Source: Nanobdellota archaeon
GTDB taxonomy: Archaea; Nanobdellota; Nanobdellia; Woesearchaeales; JAHJBD01
DNA: 32,048 nucleotides
Direction: 5' to 3'
NCBI GenBank assembly: GCA_018813725.1
Contig: JAHJBD010000045.1
Location: forward strand, 1 to 32,048
Every line of letters starts with the position of its first letter. Within the stretch, counting starts at the first letter, position 1. The notes beneath the pieces were generated by a model, which was not told where the DNA came from, did no database searches, and saw only the letters and a program-made list of their open reading frames with translations. Position numbers and translations under genes: made by a program. Below are positions 24,185-32,048 of this stretch, piece by piece.

Positions 24185-25270
24185 ATGAAAAAACTGAGAT
24201 GTGGTGTTTTAGCAGGAACTGGTATGGTTGGCCAGAAGTATATACAGCTTCTTGAAGATCATCCTTATTTTGAGGTTACATATGTTACAGCTTCAGAAAG
24301 GTCAGCTGGTAAGAAATATATCGATGCTGTAGAAGGCAGATGGCATATGCCAACTGAGATGCCTGAAAGTGTTAAGGATATTGTTGTTGAGAACATGGAT
24401 ACTCTTGATAAGGTCAAGGAATCTTGCGATTTTGTGTTCTCTGCTTTGGATTCAGGGCCAGCTAAAGAGTGGGAAGAGAAATATGCTGCAGCTGGGATCC
24501 CTGTTGTTTCAAATGCATCTGCACATAGGCACACACCTGATGTTCCCATGCTAATACCTGAGATAAATGCTGATCATCTTGATATTATTGCGCTACAACA
24601 GAAGAGTAGGGGTTGGGATAAAGGTTTTATTGTTGTAAAGCCTAATTGCTCGCTTCAGAGCTATATGACACCTTTGTATGCACTTCACAAAGAGTTTAAG
24701 ATCAAAAGGGCAATCATCACCACAATGCAGGCAGTGTCTGGTGCTGGACATCCTGGTGTGGCAAGCTTTGACATAATCGATAATATCATCCCTTATATCG
24801 GCGGAGAAGAAGAAAAGTCTGAAAAAGAGCCTTTGAAGATACTTGGCAAGATTGTTGATGGTAAGTTTGTCAATGACGATTCAATCAAGATATCTGCACA
24901 TTGCAACAGGGTTGGCACCATCGATGGCCATATGGCTTGCGTATCAGTTGAATTTGAGAAAAATCCAACCAAGGAGCAGATCCTTGCTGCATGGAAGGAG
25001 TTTAAGGCAGTGCCGCAGGAACTTGATCTTCCTCTTGCACCAAAGCAGCCAATCATATACCGTGATGAGCCTAACAGGCCGCAGACGCGTCTTGATAGGG
25101 ATGCAGACAAAGGCATGGCTTGTGTTGTTGGAAGATTACGGCCCTGTAATGTATTCCAATGGCGCTTTACAGCATTGTCGCATAATACAGTGAGAGGGGC
25201 TGCTGGTGGTGGTATACTTAATGCTGAGCTCCTCTATAAGAAGGGTTTTTTGACCGCAAAGCTTAAATAG
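24185..25270 (+). CDS. asd: Aspartate-semialdehyde dehydrogenase
   Basis: The track ORF starts at the TTG at 24173; the ATG at 24185 gives MKKLRCGVLAGTGMVGQKY. It has the active-site KPNCSLQ, and SGAGHPG is also present. Confidence 0.88.
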   Translation: MKKLRCGVLAGTGMVGQKYIQLLEDHPYFEVTYVTASERSAGKKYIDAVEGRWHMPTEMPESVKDIVVENMDTLDKVKESCDFVFSALDSGPAKEWEEKYAAAGIPVVSNASAHRHTPDVPMLIPEINADHLDIIALQQKSRGWDKGFIVVKPNCSLQSYMTPLYALHKEFKIKRAIITTMQAVSGAGHPGVASFDIIDNIIPYIGGEEEKSEKEPLKILGKIVDGKFVNDDSIKISAHCNRVGTIDGHMACVSVEFEKNPTKEQILAAWKEFKAVPQELDLPLAPKQPIIYRDEPNRPQTRLDRDADKGMACVVGRLRPCNVFQWRFTALSHNTVRGAAGGGILNAELLYKKGFLTAKLK

Positions 25271-25301
25271 TTGCCTTTTCCAGATATTTTTTGGGTTGGT
25301 A

Positions 25302-26039
25302 ATGCAAAAGATATGCTTTTTTTATAAGAGAGAGGTTCCTGATTTTGGAGCTGATTTCTTATATCTTAAATTGGGCAGAAGGGAAAGGATTGACAATTCA
25401 AATGATTACAATGTAATTTTTGAGGCAGATCTTCCTATAAATCTTTCTGAGTATAATGAGCATCTGATGGATTATTCTGGGCTATATGCTTTGCATATGA
25501 ATAAGCTTATCAATGAGAAGCATATGTTAATCATCCATTATGATACTATGATATTGGATAAAGAATGGTTAAAAAAGATTGAAAAAGCTGTGCGCAAGGA
25601 TTCAGTTGTATTCTGTGACAGGCCAGTGGATCGTGATATTACCTCAGAGGTATCGCTTTGGGTATACAAGAATATTGATAAAGCTTTCTTAAGATTTAAA
25701 GGCAAAAGTTTTCTTGATTGCATCAAGCAGAATAATGTATCTAATATGGTGCTTACAAGCCAATTTGCATGCAGTGCAGATACATTTAGCACTTTGATGG
25801 AATTTATGCTGCCTTTGTATGGATGTTTGGATGAATTACAGATGATTGGCTTTAAATTTGCTCACTTGCTGGAAAGGTCTCTCGGATTGTTTTTCTCAGC
25901 CCAAGGCTATGTTAAAGTGCCTGTAATTAGGGATAGTCAATCCACAAAGTATAGGAACGGCAGAAGAATCAAGCTTGATTTCCCTGTCTTGACAAGATGT
26001 ATTAAGGATAATGCATCCGCTTTCTCAGAAGTATTGTAA
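25302..26039 (+). CDS. Hypothetical protein; weak resemblance to DUF4422-type capsule/glycan-locus glycosyltransferase-like proteins
   Basis: 245 aa from the ATG at 25302 (the track uses the TTG at 25296). YSGLYALHMNKL...MLIIHYDTMIL and HLLERSLGLFF loosely recall the DUF4422 pattern. This is recollection-level similarity only. Confidence 0.45.
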   Translation: MQKICFFYKREVPDFGADFLYLKLGRRERIDNSNDYNVIFEADLPINLSEYNEHLMDYSGLYALHMNKLINEKHMLIIHYDTMILDKEWLKKIEKAVRKDSVVFCDRPVDRDITSEVSLWVYKNIDKAFLRFKGKSFLDCIKQNNVSNMVLTSQFACSADTFSTLMEFMLPLYGCLDELQMIGFKFAHLLERSLGLFFSAQGYVKVPVIRDSQSTKYRNGRRIKLDFPVLTRCIKDNASAFSEVL

Positions 26040-26040
26040 T

Positions 26041-26325
26041 CTATTTCTCAATATACTCTTGTTGTATGCGTTTTGCTTCGTTAAATATGCTTAAAAAAAT
26101 CTCTTCAACAAAGCTTTCTTCGAGCCCGTTTTCCCTAGCAACTTTTTTAAGCCTGTCCATGATCTGGATTTCCCTTTTTTCATCAAAAACTGGTATATTC
26201 TTTTCTTTTTTATAGTTGCCTATCTCTGGCATCAGACTCATTCTCTCCGCTAATGCTGTGATTATAACCATATCTATCCTATCTATATGTTTTCTAATCT
26301 TTTTTATATAATCTTCGTTGACCAT
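26041..26325 (-). CDS. Chorismate mutase, AroQ class (monofunctional)
   Basis: 94 aa. IRKHIDRIDMVIITALAERMSLMPEIGNYKKEKNIPVFDEKREIQIMDRL matches the AroQ helical-bundle pattern (R..ID..D..h..Ll..R......K......D..RE). A CTTTAAATAG box lies ~25 nt upstream. Confidence 0.8.
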   Translation of the reverse strand: MVNEDYIKKIRKHIDRIDMVIITALAERMSLMPEIGNYKKEKNIPVFDEKREIQIMDRLKKVARENGLEESFVEEIFLSIFNEAKRIQQEYIEK

Positions 26326-26357
26326 GTGAATAATGAAATGTAAGAACTATTTAAAGA

Positions 26358-27116
26358 TTATGCTTTTGGAGGATTTTCCTTTATAACTGGAGATTGGCAC
26401 AAGTTTCTTAGATGTTCAAGATACTCGTTCTTTGTTTCAGCATCTTTTAGACCGAAATAAGTTATTGTCTTTAGGTATTCGATTGGACTGCCTATGTCAC
26501 ATCTTTTTCCTTTAAGTGCCATATGCAGCAGATTTGCAGTTGCAGAAAGCTCTTTAGTGACATTAGTGACAACATGTGTGTCATCACCAAGGAAATACTT
26601 CTGTTTGTTTAGGACCTCAAATATTGTTGGGCCAAATATATATCTGCCAGAGGAGTAGATATGCAGATTTGTCTCATGAAACTTGTCAATAAGTTCTTGC
26701 AGCGGGTTACCCTCAATAATTATGTCTGATAATGCTACTATAAATGCTTCGCCTTTGAGCTTGCTTTGTAATTGATATATCTCGTACATCCATCCTTTTG
26801 GTTCTGGTTGGCTGATAAAATGTAGTGTGCAAGGTTTGTTAGCTAATCTAAGTTTCTGAATTGTGTCACGATGGCCAAAATTCTCAGTCAGGTGCTCCAA
26901 TTTGATGTCATGCTTAAAATAATCCTTAACTCCTTTTAGATATCTACCAGTGATGTAAATCTCAGTGATCCCAGCATTTGTTAGCTCTTTAATCTGGTAA
27001 TCAATTGCTGGTTTATTTATGATTGGAAGCATAACCTTGTTTGAAACCTTAGTATATGGGAACATACGGGAGCCTAGACCCGCTGATGGTATGACTCCTA
27101 TTTTTATCTTTGCCAT
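26358..27116 (-). CDS. Sugar-1-phosphate nucleotidyltransferase (UTP-glucose-1-phosphate uridylyltransferase-like)
   Basis: 252 aa. KIGVIPSAGLGSRMFPYTKVSNKVMLPIINKPAIDY is a GalU-type N-terminal loop. Confidence 0.7.
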   Translation of the reverse strand: MAKIKIGVIPSAGLGSRMFPYTKVSNKVMLPIINKPAIDYQIKELTNAGITEIYITGRYLKGVKDYFKHDIKLEHLTENFGHRDTIQKLRLANKPCTLHFISQPEPKGWMYEIYQLQSKLKGEAFIVALSDIIIEGNPLQELIDKFHETNLHIYSSGRYIFGPTIFEVLNKQKYFLGDDTHVVTNVTKELSATANLLHMALKGKRCDIGSPIEYLKTITYFGLKDAETKNEYLEHLRNLCQSPVIKENPPKA

Positions 27117-27204
27117 TTAGTTAAATTCAATATTAATACTATATAAATGTTTTGAAGTCAAATAAGCGATTATTTTAAAGCTAAAAATCCTATAATCCAC
27201 TGGA

Positions 27205-28164
27205 TCAACTGCCTTGTCTATACGTTCTAAACCAAGAAATAAACTCTTTTACTCCTTCTTCAATCTTTACTTTTGGGTCAAACCCTAGCATTCTCTTTGC
27301 TTTTGAGATATCTGCAAAGGTTTCAGGGACATCGCCAGGTTGAATCGGAAGAAGCTCTTTTTCAGCTGTTATGCCTAATTCTTTCTCAATCAAGCTTATA
27401 AAATAATTTAGTTCCACTGTATTTGAATTACCTAGGTTAAATATCTCGTATGGTAGTGATTTGTCTATCGCTGCAAGTACACCTGCAACAATGTCTGAAA
27501 CGAAGGTAAAGTCTCTTTTCATGTTTCCATGGTTGTAAACCTTGATCTTCTTTCCTTTAAGTATCTGTGTTGCAAATAGATACGCTGCCATATCTGGCCT
27601 TCCCCATGGTCCGTATACAGTAAAAAACCTTAAACCTGTGCAGTTAAGGCCAAAAAGATGATGATAAGTGTGTGCTATCAGCTCATTGTATCTTTTTGTT
27701 GCAGCATAGGCTGAGATTGGGCTGTCAACTGGATCAGTCTCTGAGAAGGGTATCTTCTTGTTACCTCCATATACACTTGATGAAGAGGCAAAGACAAAAT
27801 CCTTGATCTGATACTTTCTGCATAGTTCCAGAAGATTTAGTGTACCTATATTGTTGGATTTTTCATAAGCAAAGGGGTTTTCGAGTGAATACCTTACACC
27901 TGCTTGTGCAGCCAAGTGGCATACCTTGGTGAATTTATTTTCTAGAAATATCTTTTCCATGGCTGAATAATCTGAGATATCTGCTTTGATAACTGTCAAT
28001 CCTGGATCATCATTAATCTTGCTTATCCTATCTTCTTTGATCTTAGGATCATAGTAATTATTGAAATTGTCAACGATAATTACCTTATCCCCTCTTTCAA
28101 GCAGTGCTTTTGCTACATGAAAACCTATGAACCCTGCCCCACCTGTCAATAATATGTCAACCAT
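27205..28164 (-). CDS. NAD-dependent nucleotide-sugar epimerase (UDP-glucuronate 4-epimerase-like SDR)
   Basis: LLTGGAGFIGFHV, SSSSVYG and the SAYAATKRYNE catalytic Y..K are present. The track start at 28173 is a TTG; the ATG at 28164 gives MVDILLTGG. Confidence 0.8.
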   Translation of the reverse strand: MVDILLTGGAGFIGFHVAKALLERGDKVIIVDNFNNYYDPKIKEDRISKINDDPGLTVIKADISDYSAMEKIFLENKFTKVCHLAAQAGVRYSLENPFAYEKSNNIGTLNLLELCRKYQIKDFVFASSSSVYGGNKKIPFSETDPVDSPISAYAATKRYNELIAHTYHHLFGLNCTGLRFFTVYGPWGRPDMAAYLFATQILKGKKIKVYNHGNMKRDFTFVSDIVAGVLAAIDKSLPYEIFNLGNSNTVELNYFISLIEKELGITAEKELLPIQPGDVPETFADISKAKRMLGFDPKVKIEEGVKEFISWFRTYRQGS

Positions 28165-28266
28165 GGTATACAAATACCTTAGAATAATATCAGGTAAATA
28201 AACCTTTTGGACTTTTCTTTTATAAACTGTTGTATGATTGATAATATATTTTTAAGAAACGTATAG

Positions 28267-28274
28267 TTTATATA
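28267..28274 (+). promoter_or_regulatory. TATA box (TTTATATA) of dut
   Basis: Ends 22 nt before the ATG at 28297. Confidence 0.5.
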
Positions 28275-28296
28275 GGATTAGGGTCAAGAAAAAGTT

Positions 28297-28731
28297 ATGG
28301 TAAAGGTTCTGATAAAAAAGATAAAAGATAATGCAATCCTTCCGACTTATGCTCACACTGGGGATGCTGGTGTTGACTTGTATTCTACTGAAGATTATAC
28401 ACTTAAGCCAGGAGAAAGGACTTTGGTCTCTACTGGGATAAAGATTGCCTTGCCGATTGGTTTTGAGGCTCAGGTAAGGCCAAAATCAGGGTTAGCATTA
28501 AAGGCAGGGATCTCTGTCTGTAATACTCCAGGAACTGTTGATGCTGGATATAGGGGCGAGGTTGGAGTAATAGTCATAAATCATGGCAGTGAGGAATACA
28601 AGATTGAAGCAGGTTCAAAGATTGCTCAGATGGTGTTTACAACAGTTGAGCAGGCAGAGTTTGAAGAGGTTGAGGAGCTGGATGAGACTACTCGAAATGA
28701 AGGTGGTTTTGGCAGTACAGGTTTGAGGTGA
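28297..28731 (+). CDS. dut: dUTP diphosphatase, homotrimeric type
   Basis: 144 aa with all five dUTPase motifs: AGVDL, RPKSGLA, GTVDAGYRGE, AQMV and RNEGGFGSTG. Confidence 0.92.
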   Translation: MVKVLIKKIKDNAILPTYAHTGDAGVDLYSTEDYTLKPGERTLVSTGIKIALPIGFEAQVRPKSGLALKAGISVCNTPGTVDAGYRGEVGVIVINHGSEEYKIEAGSKIAQMVFTTVEQAEFEEVEELDETTRNEGGFGSTGLR

Positions 28732-28855
28732 ATTAAGTTGGGAATAAGTTATAATACAGTGAAAAAGAACACAACGCTTGGTGACTTTGGGCTTACCGAA
28801 GAGGAAGCTCAGTTAGAAGAAGAGTAGTAACTTAGCAGTAGTTAATATACAAAGA

Positions 28856-28863
28856 TTTATAAA
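28856..28863 (+). promoter_or_regulatory. TATA box (TTTATAAA) of the small membrane protein gene
   Basis: Ends 22 nt before the ATG at 28886. Confidence 0.45.
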
Positions 28864-28885
28864 TCAAAACCTAATTCTTGGGTAT

Positions 28886-29239
28886 ATGAATAAACACGGA
28901 GTTGTTGATTTGGCAATAATCGTACTGGTTGTAGTATGTCTTGTATTTCTAGGATGGTTAGTAAATCTAGGTACAAGAGAGTGTTCTGGTAATAATGACT
29001 GTTCAAACGCTCAGTATTGCGGCGCTGATTTTTCATGCCATGATATTCCTATAATAGAGAAGGAAGTAAAGACAACCCAAGTTAGCCTTGTTGGGCCAGC
29101 ATTTATCCTTGGCATTGCTGCTGTTGTTGTTGCAGTTATCCTAAGATGGGACAAGATTTCAGCAGGTTTTAAGAAGAAAGGCGGTAAGAAACCCGAGGTG
29201 TATTATGAGGGTGTTGACCAAATTAAAACCAATTTTTAA
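28886..29239 (+). CDS. Small two-TM membrane protein with Cys-rich extracytoplasmic loop
   Basis: 117 aa. TM1 is LAIIVLVVVCLVFLGWLV and the loop is RECSGNNDCSNAQYCGADFSCHD (5 Cys). TM2 is LVGPAFILGIAAVVVAVIL, followed by a basic tail, KKKGGKK. Confidence 0.6.
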   Translation: MNKHGVVDLAIIVLVVVCLVFLGWLVNLGTRECSGNNDCSNAQYCGADFSCHDIPIIEKEVKTTQVSLVGPAFILGIAAVVVAVILRWDKISAGFKKKGGKKPEVYYEGVDQIKTNF

Positions 29240-29832
29240 TTTTCTGTTATAATCTTGTCAATCTCTTTATTAATCTGTTCAAAAACCTCTTCTTTTGTCT
29301 TAGAAGCGTCAATTATTACAATATTGTCTTCTAATTCATCTTTTAGCCTTAAGAAATTTTTTCTTAATTCTTTCATGAATTCCAGCTTTTCAAACTTCTC
29401 TTTTGCAGCGCCCCTTTTAGATATCCTTTTTAAGGCTATTTCAGGAGGTAGGTCAAGGATAAATGTGATATCAGGTGTCTTGAACTCGATATTTGCAGCT
29501 ATCACTCTTTCTAAGGCTAAACCTTGAGTATGCTGAAAAGCGATTGTTGAGTAGTAATAACGGTCGCAGATGACAATTCCAGGGTAATCTTCAATCTCTG
29601 TTAGGTGTTCTTCCCTGTCTTTTGTGAATAATTCTAAGCACTTTTCTGCAGATGCTTTTGGGTCTTTTTCAGTCTTTAGTATCTCTTGTGCTTTCTTTCC
29701 AAACCTGCCGTTTGTGGGTTCTCTTGTTACCAAAACCTTGTTACCTTTGTCCTTTAGATAAGCCTCAAGGCGCCTTATCATCTCGCCTTTGCCAGAGCCG
29801 TCCAGGCCGTCAAATACTATAAATTTTTTCAT
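29236..29832 (-). CDS. tmk: Thymidylate kinase
   Basis: 198 aa with FIVFDGLDGSGKG (P-loop), DRYYYST (DR(Y/H) motif) and a lid region. Confidence 0.88.
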   Translation of the reverse strand: MKKFIVFDGLDGSGKGEMIRRLEAYLKDKGNKVLVTREPTNGRFGKKAQEILKTEKDPKASAEKCLELFTKDREEHLTEIEDYPGIVICDRYYYSTIAFQHTQGLALERVIAANIEFKTPDITFILDLPPEIALKRISKRGAAKEKFEKLEFMKELRKNFLRLKDELEDNIVIIDASKTKEEVFEQINKEIDKIITEN

Positions 29833-30344
29833 CTTATCCTTCTGTAGGTTATAAAAGAGAACTTAACCTTTATCTTGTTTTTGATGTCCATGCCCTCATG
29901 ATCTTCTTTATTTATCTCTTGCCACTCGTTTAGGTTAATCTCTGGGTAAAAGGTGTCTGCATCATAGTCATGGTATATCCTGGTAAGCTCGAAAGCATCT
30001 GCAATCTTCATGCCTAGCTTATAGATTGTTGCACCACCGATAATAAATGCTTGATCTACGCCTTTTGCTTTAACATAGTCTATTGCTTTGAAAAAGTCAT
30101 TAAATAAGGTTGCACCTTCTGCTTTATAGTTTGGATCTAATGTACAAACGATATTTTCTCTTCCTGGAAGAGGCCTTGCAAAATCAGGCAAGGAATCATA
30201 AGTTTTGTCACCCATGATACAGGGGTGTCCCATTGTTTTTTCCTTGAAATGCTGAAAATCTTCTTTAATATGCCAGGGGATATCATTATTCTTTCCAATG
30301 GCTTGGTTTTGGGCTATTGCAACAATCACTACTATGTCTGTCAT
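29829..30344 (-). CDS. folA: Dihydrofolate reductase
   Basis: 171 aa with IVAIAQNQAIGKNNDIPW, FKEKTMGHPCIMGDKTYDSLP and IIGGATIY. An ATGA overlap links it to tmk. Confidence 0.88.
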   Translation of the reverse strand: MTDIVVIVAIAQNQAIGKNNDIPWHIKEDFQHFKEKTMGHPCIMGDKTYDSLPDFARPLPGRENIVCTLDPNYKAEGATLFNDFFKAIDYVKAKGVDQAFIIGGATIYKLGMKIADAFELTRIYHDYDADTFYPEINLNEWQEINKEDHEGMDIKNKIKVKFSFITYRRIR

Positions 30345-30352
30345 ATTTTACC

Positions 30353-31219
30353 TCACACTGCTATCTCGAATTTTATCCTTGGATGGTGTTCGTAACCTTC
30401 AACTTCTGAGTCAGTGTATTTCCATTCAAAGATTGAAGTAAAGTTGTTTGTCTTGATTTTTGGGAGCTTTTTTGGCTCTCTTGAAATCTGTTCTCTTAAC
30501 CCATCAACATGGTTCTTGTATATATGTGCATCGCCTAGAAAGCCTACTAGTTTTCCTTCTTTAAGTCCTGTTTCTTTTGCCAATATATGCAGTAATAGTC
30601 CATATGAAGCTATGTTGAATGGTAGCCCTAGAGCAACATCTACTGAGCGCTGGTTCCACATAAGGTTAAGTTTTCCGTCTAAAACAGTTACCTGGTAGCC
30701 ATAGTGGCAGAAAGGCGGGATAACCTTGTCAATATCCATAGGGTTCCATGCTAAAACTAGCATCTGTCTATCATCAGGGTTGGTTTTCAATAGGTCTACT
30801 ATCCTTTTTACTTGGTCAATACCTTTGCCTGTGTAATCAGTCTTATAATCCTTGTATTGTGCTCCAAAATGTCTCCATTGCCAGCCATAGATCGGTCCAA
30901 GGTCACGTTCTTCAAGCATCATCTTTTTTGTTTTTTCATCATGCGCATAAGGGACTATCTTTGGGCTGCACCATTCGTCCCATATGTGGTTATCCCTATC
31001 TTGTAGCCATCTTTTGTCTGATATGCCTTTGACAAAGAATTCTAGTTCTGAAGCGACTAGTCTTAACGGAACTGATTTGGTTGTAAGCAAAGGAAATCCC
31101 TCTTCCATATTATGCTCAAACATTTCACCAGCTATAGCTATAGTTCCTACTCCTGTCCTATCTTGTTTTGCTACTCCTGTCTCTAGAATCTTCTTTACAA
31201 TGTTTAAGTATGCTTGCAT
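30353..31219 (-). CDS. thyA: Thymidylate synthase (ThyA, folate-dependent)
   Basis: 288 aa with DRTGVGT, FPLLTTK, LGPIYGWQWR, the active-site Cys PPFCH, and DAHIYKNH. Confidence 0.92.
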   Translation of the reverse strand: MQAYLNIVKKILETGVAKQDRTGVGTIAIAGEMFEHNMEEGFPLLTTKSVPLRLVASELEFFVKGISDKRWLQDRDNHIWDEWCSPKIVPYAHDEKTKKMMLEERDLGPIYGWQWRHFGAQYKDYKTDYTGKGIDQVKRIVDLLKTNPDDRQMLVLAWNPMDIDKVIPPFCHYGYQVTVLDGKLNLMWNQRSVDVALGLPFNIASYGLLLHILAKETGLKEGKLVGFLGDAHIYKNHVDGLREQISREPKKLPKIKTNNFTSIFEWKYTDSEVEGYEHHPRIKFEIAV

Positions 31220-31248
31220 TTTACCCCTGATAAAATAAAACCGATTAG

Positions 31249-31256
31249 TTTATATA
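31249..31256 (+). promoter_or_regulatory. TATA box (TTTATATA) of the P-loop kinase gene
   Basis: Ends 22 nt before the ATG at 31279. The AT-rich region is shared with the divergent thyA. Confidence 0.5.
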
Positions 31257-31278
31257 TTTTTTTATAATCAATCGCTAT

Positions 31279-31821
31279 ATGCTGATAGGACTTACAGGAA
31301 CAATGGCTTCTGGCAAGGGGACAGTAGCTGAATACCTGAAAAATAAAGGTTTTGAAGGGTATGTATTTTCTGATGTTATCAAAGAAGAGGCAAGGAAGCG
31401 CGGGCTCGAGATTACTAGAGAGAACCTGCAGAAAACCGGAGATGCGCTTAGAAAAGAGCATAAGAATGAAGGGATTCTTGCAAAAAAATTGCTTTTAAAG
31501 ATCAAATCAGACAAAGCGTTTGTAGATGGTGCAAGAAATGCTGACGAGATACATGAATTAAGAAAAAGAAAAGATTTTGTGCTTATAGCTGTTGATGCTC
31601 CTCAAAAGGTAAGGTTTGAAAGGCTTAAGTCAAGGGGAAGGTCTGGTGATCCAAAAACATTTGAAGACTTTAAGAAATTAGATGACCTTGAGAATAAAAA
31701 ATTGGGCGGGGGCCAGGAGATCAACAAGTGCATGGCACTTGCGGATCATAAGATAGAAAATACTGGTGATGTAAAAGAACTTATAGCAAAAATAGAAAAA
31801 ATATTATCTCTTCTTGAATAA
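31279..31821 (+). CDS. P-loop nucleotide/nucleoside-monophosphate kinase-like protein (archaeal UPF0200 / dephospho-CoA-kinase-like)
   Basis: 180 aa. MLIGLTGTMASGKGTVAEYL is the Walker A motif. ...FSDVIKEEARKRGLEITRENLQKTGDALRKE resembles archaeal UPF0200-family kinases. The substrate cannot be read from the sequence. Confidence 0.65.
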   Translation: MLIGLTGTMASGKGTVAEYLKNKGFEGYVFSDVIKEEARKRGLEITRENLQKTGDALRKEHKNEGILAKKLLLKIKSDKAFVDGARNADEIHELRKRKDFVLIAVDAPQKVRFERLKSRGRSGDPKTFEDFKKLDDLENKKLGGGQEINKCMALADHKIENTGDVKELIAKIEKILSLLE

Positions 31822-32048
31822 TTTCTCAGCTGCTTTTCTTTCCTCGAACAGCTCTTTTATGCTTTCATAGACTTTTGCTTTGTTTGCGTCATTTAGCTTA
31901 TTGTATTCTTGAAGAAGCTCTAGGTAGATTTCCTGAGCCATCTTAAAGTCAAACCTGATAAGCGCTGACCTTGAATCAAATATCCTGTCTTCCATGTATT
32001 TTACTGGATCTGTAATCTTGCCTTTCTTTGGATATACTTCAATCTCCA
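31804..32048 (-). CDS. Hypothetical protein, C-terminal part; frame stays open to the right edge
   Basis: The track ORF 31804..31995 starts at an internal Met. The same frame continues upstream without a stop to position 32046 (...EIEVYPKKGKITDPVKYMEDRIF...). No family recognised. Confidence 0.5.
   Translation of the reverse strand, partial: EIEVYPKKGKITDPVKYMEDRIFDSRSALIRFDFKMAQEIYLELLQEYNKLNDANKAKVYESIKELFEERKAAEKLFKKR

Noticed and set aside
24265-25193. ORFs 24265..24549(-), 24369..24554(+), 24793..25116(-) and 24843..25193(+)
   Set aside because: They lie inside asd in other frames or on the other strand. asd has its active-site and Rossmann motifs in frame.
28738-28827. 29-codon ORF (TTG start) between dut and the miniprotein gene: LGISYNTVKKNTTLGDFGLTEEEAQLEEE
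   Set aside because: It is too short, has a non-ATG start, and has no TATA or SD at the expected spacing. It cannot be supported from sequence alone and is worth a look only if ribosome-profiling data exist.
31204-31514. Minus-strand ORFs 31204..31461 and 31275..31514
   Set aside because: They are antisense to the P-loop kinase gene (Walker A in frame on the plus strand) and run through the thyA/kinase divergent promoter.

Overview
This window is gene-dense (about 40 genes, very little non-coding DNA) and AT-rich, and it reads as archaeal. TTTAWATA boxes sit 22-26 nt upstream of many ATGs, as in leaderless-type promoters. The lysyl-tRNA synthetase is class I, and an AbrB-PhoU regulator of the archaeal type is present. 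By eye I found no rRNA, tRNA, CRISPR array, transposase or integrase. Positions ~8,000-32,048 look like housekeeping. They hold an aspartate-family (lysine/threonine) neighbourhood: 4-OT, lysA, a frameshifted gdh, dapL, a DMT transporter, class I lysRS, lysC, hom and asd. They also hold a six-gene translationally coupled deoxyhexose nucleotide-sugar operon (rmlC-rmlB-rmlD-rmlA-gmd-fcl), further sugar-nucleotide genes, and a dTMP cluster (dut, tmk, folA, thyA). Positions 1-7,900 differ in character and are the part worth attention. (i) One translationally coupled operon encodes a UDP-sugar-pyrophosphorylase-like nucleotidyltransferase, a single-cluster radical SAM enzyme whose motif order tracks viperin/RSAD2, and a histidine phosphatase that runs off the left edge. 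(ii) A divergent AbrB-PhoU regulator sits behind a tandem GATATAWT repeat. (iii) A NACHT-type STAND NTPase has no fused effector, and its stop codon overlaps (ATGA) the start of a Hanks-type, non-RD Ser/Thr kinase with a ~345-aa unrecognisable N-terminal domain. I interpret this region as a candidate archaeal immune island that pairs a viperin-like nucleotide-modifying cassette with an NLR-plus-kinase module. All functions are inferred from motifs read by eye; no database search was possible.
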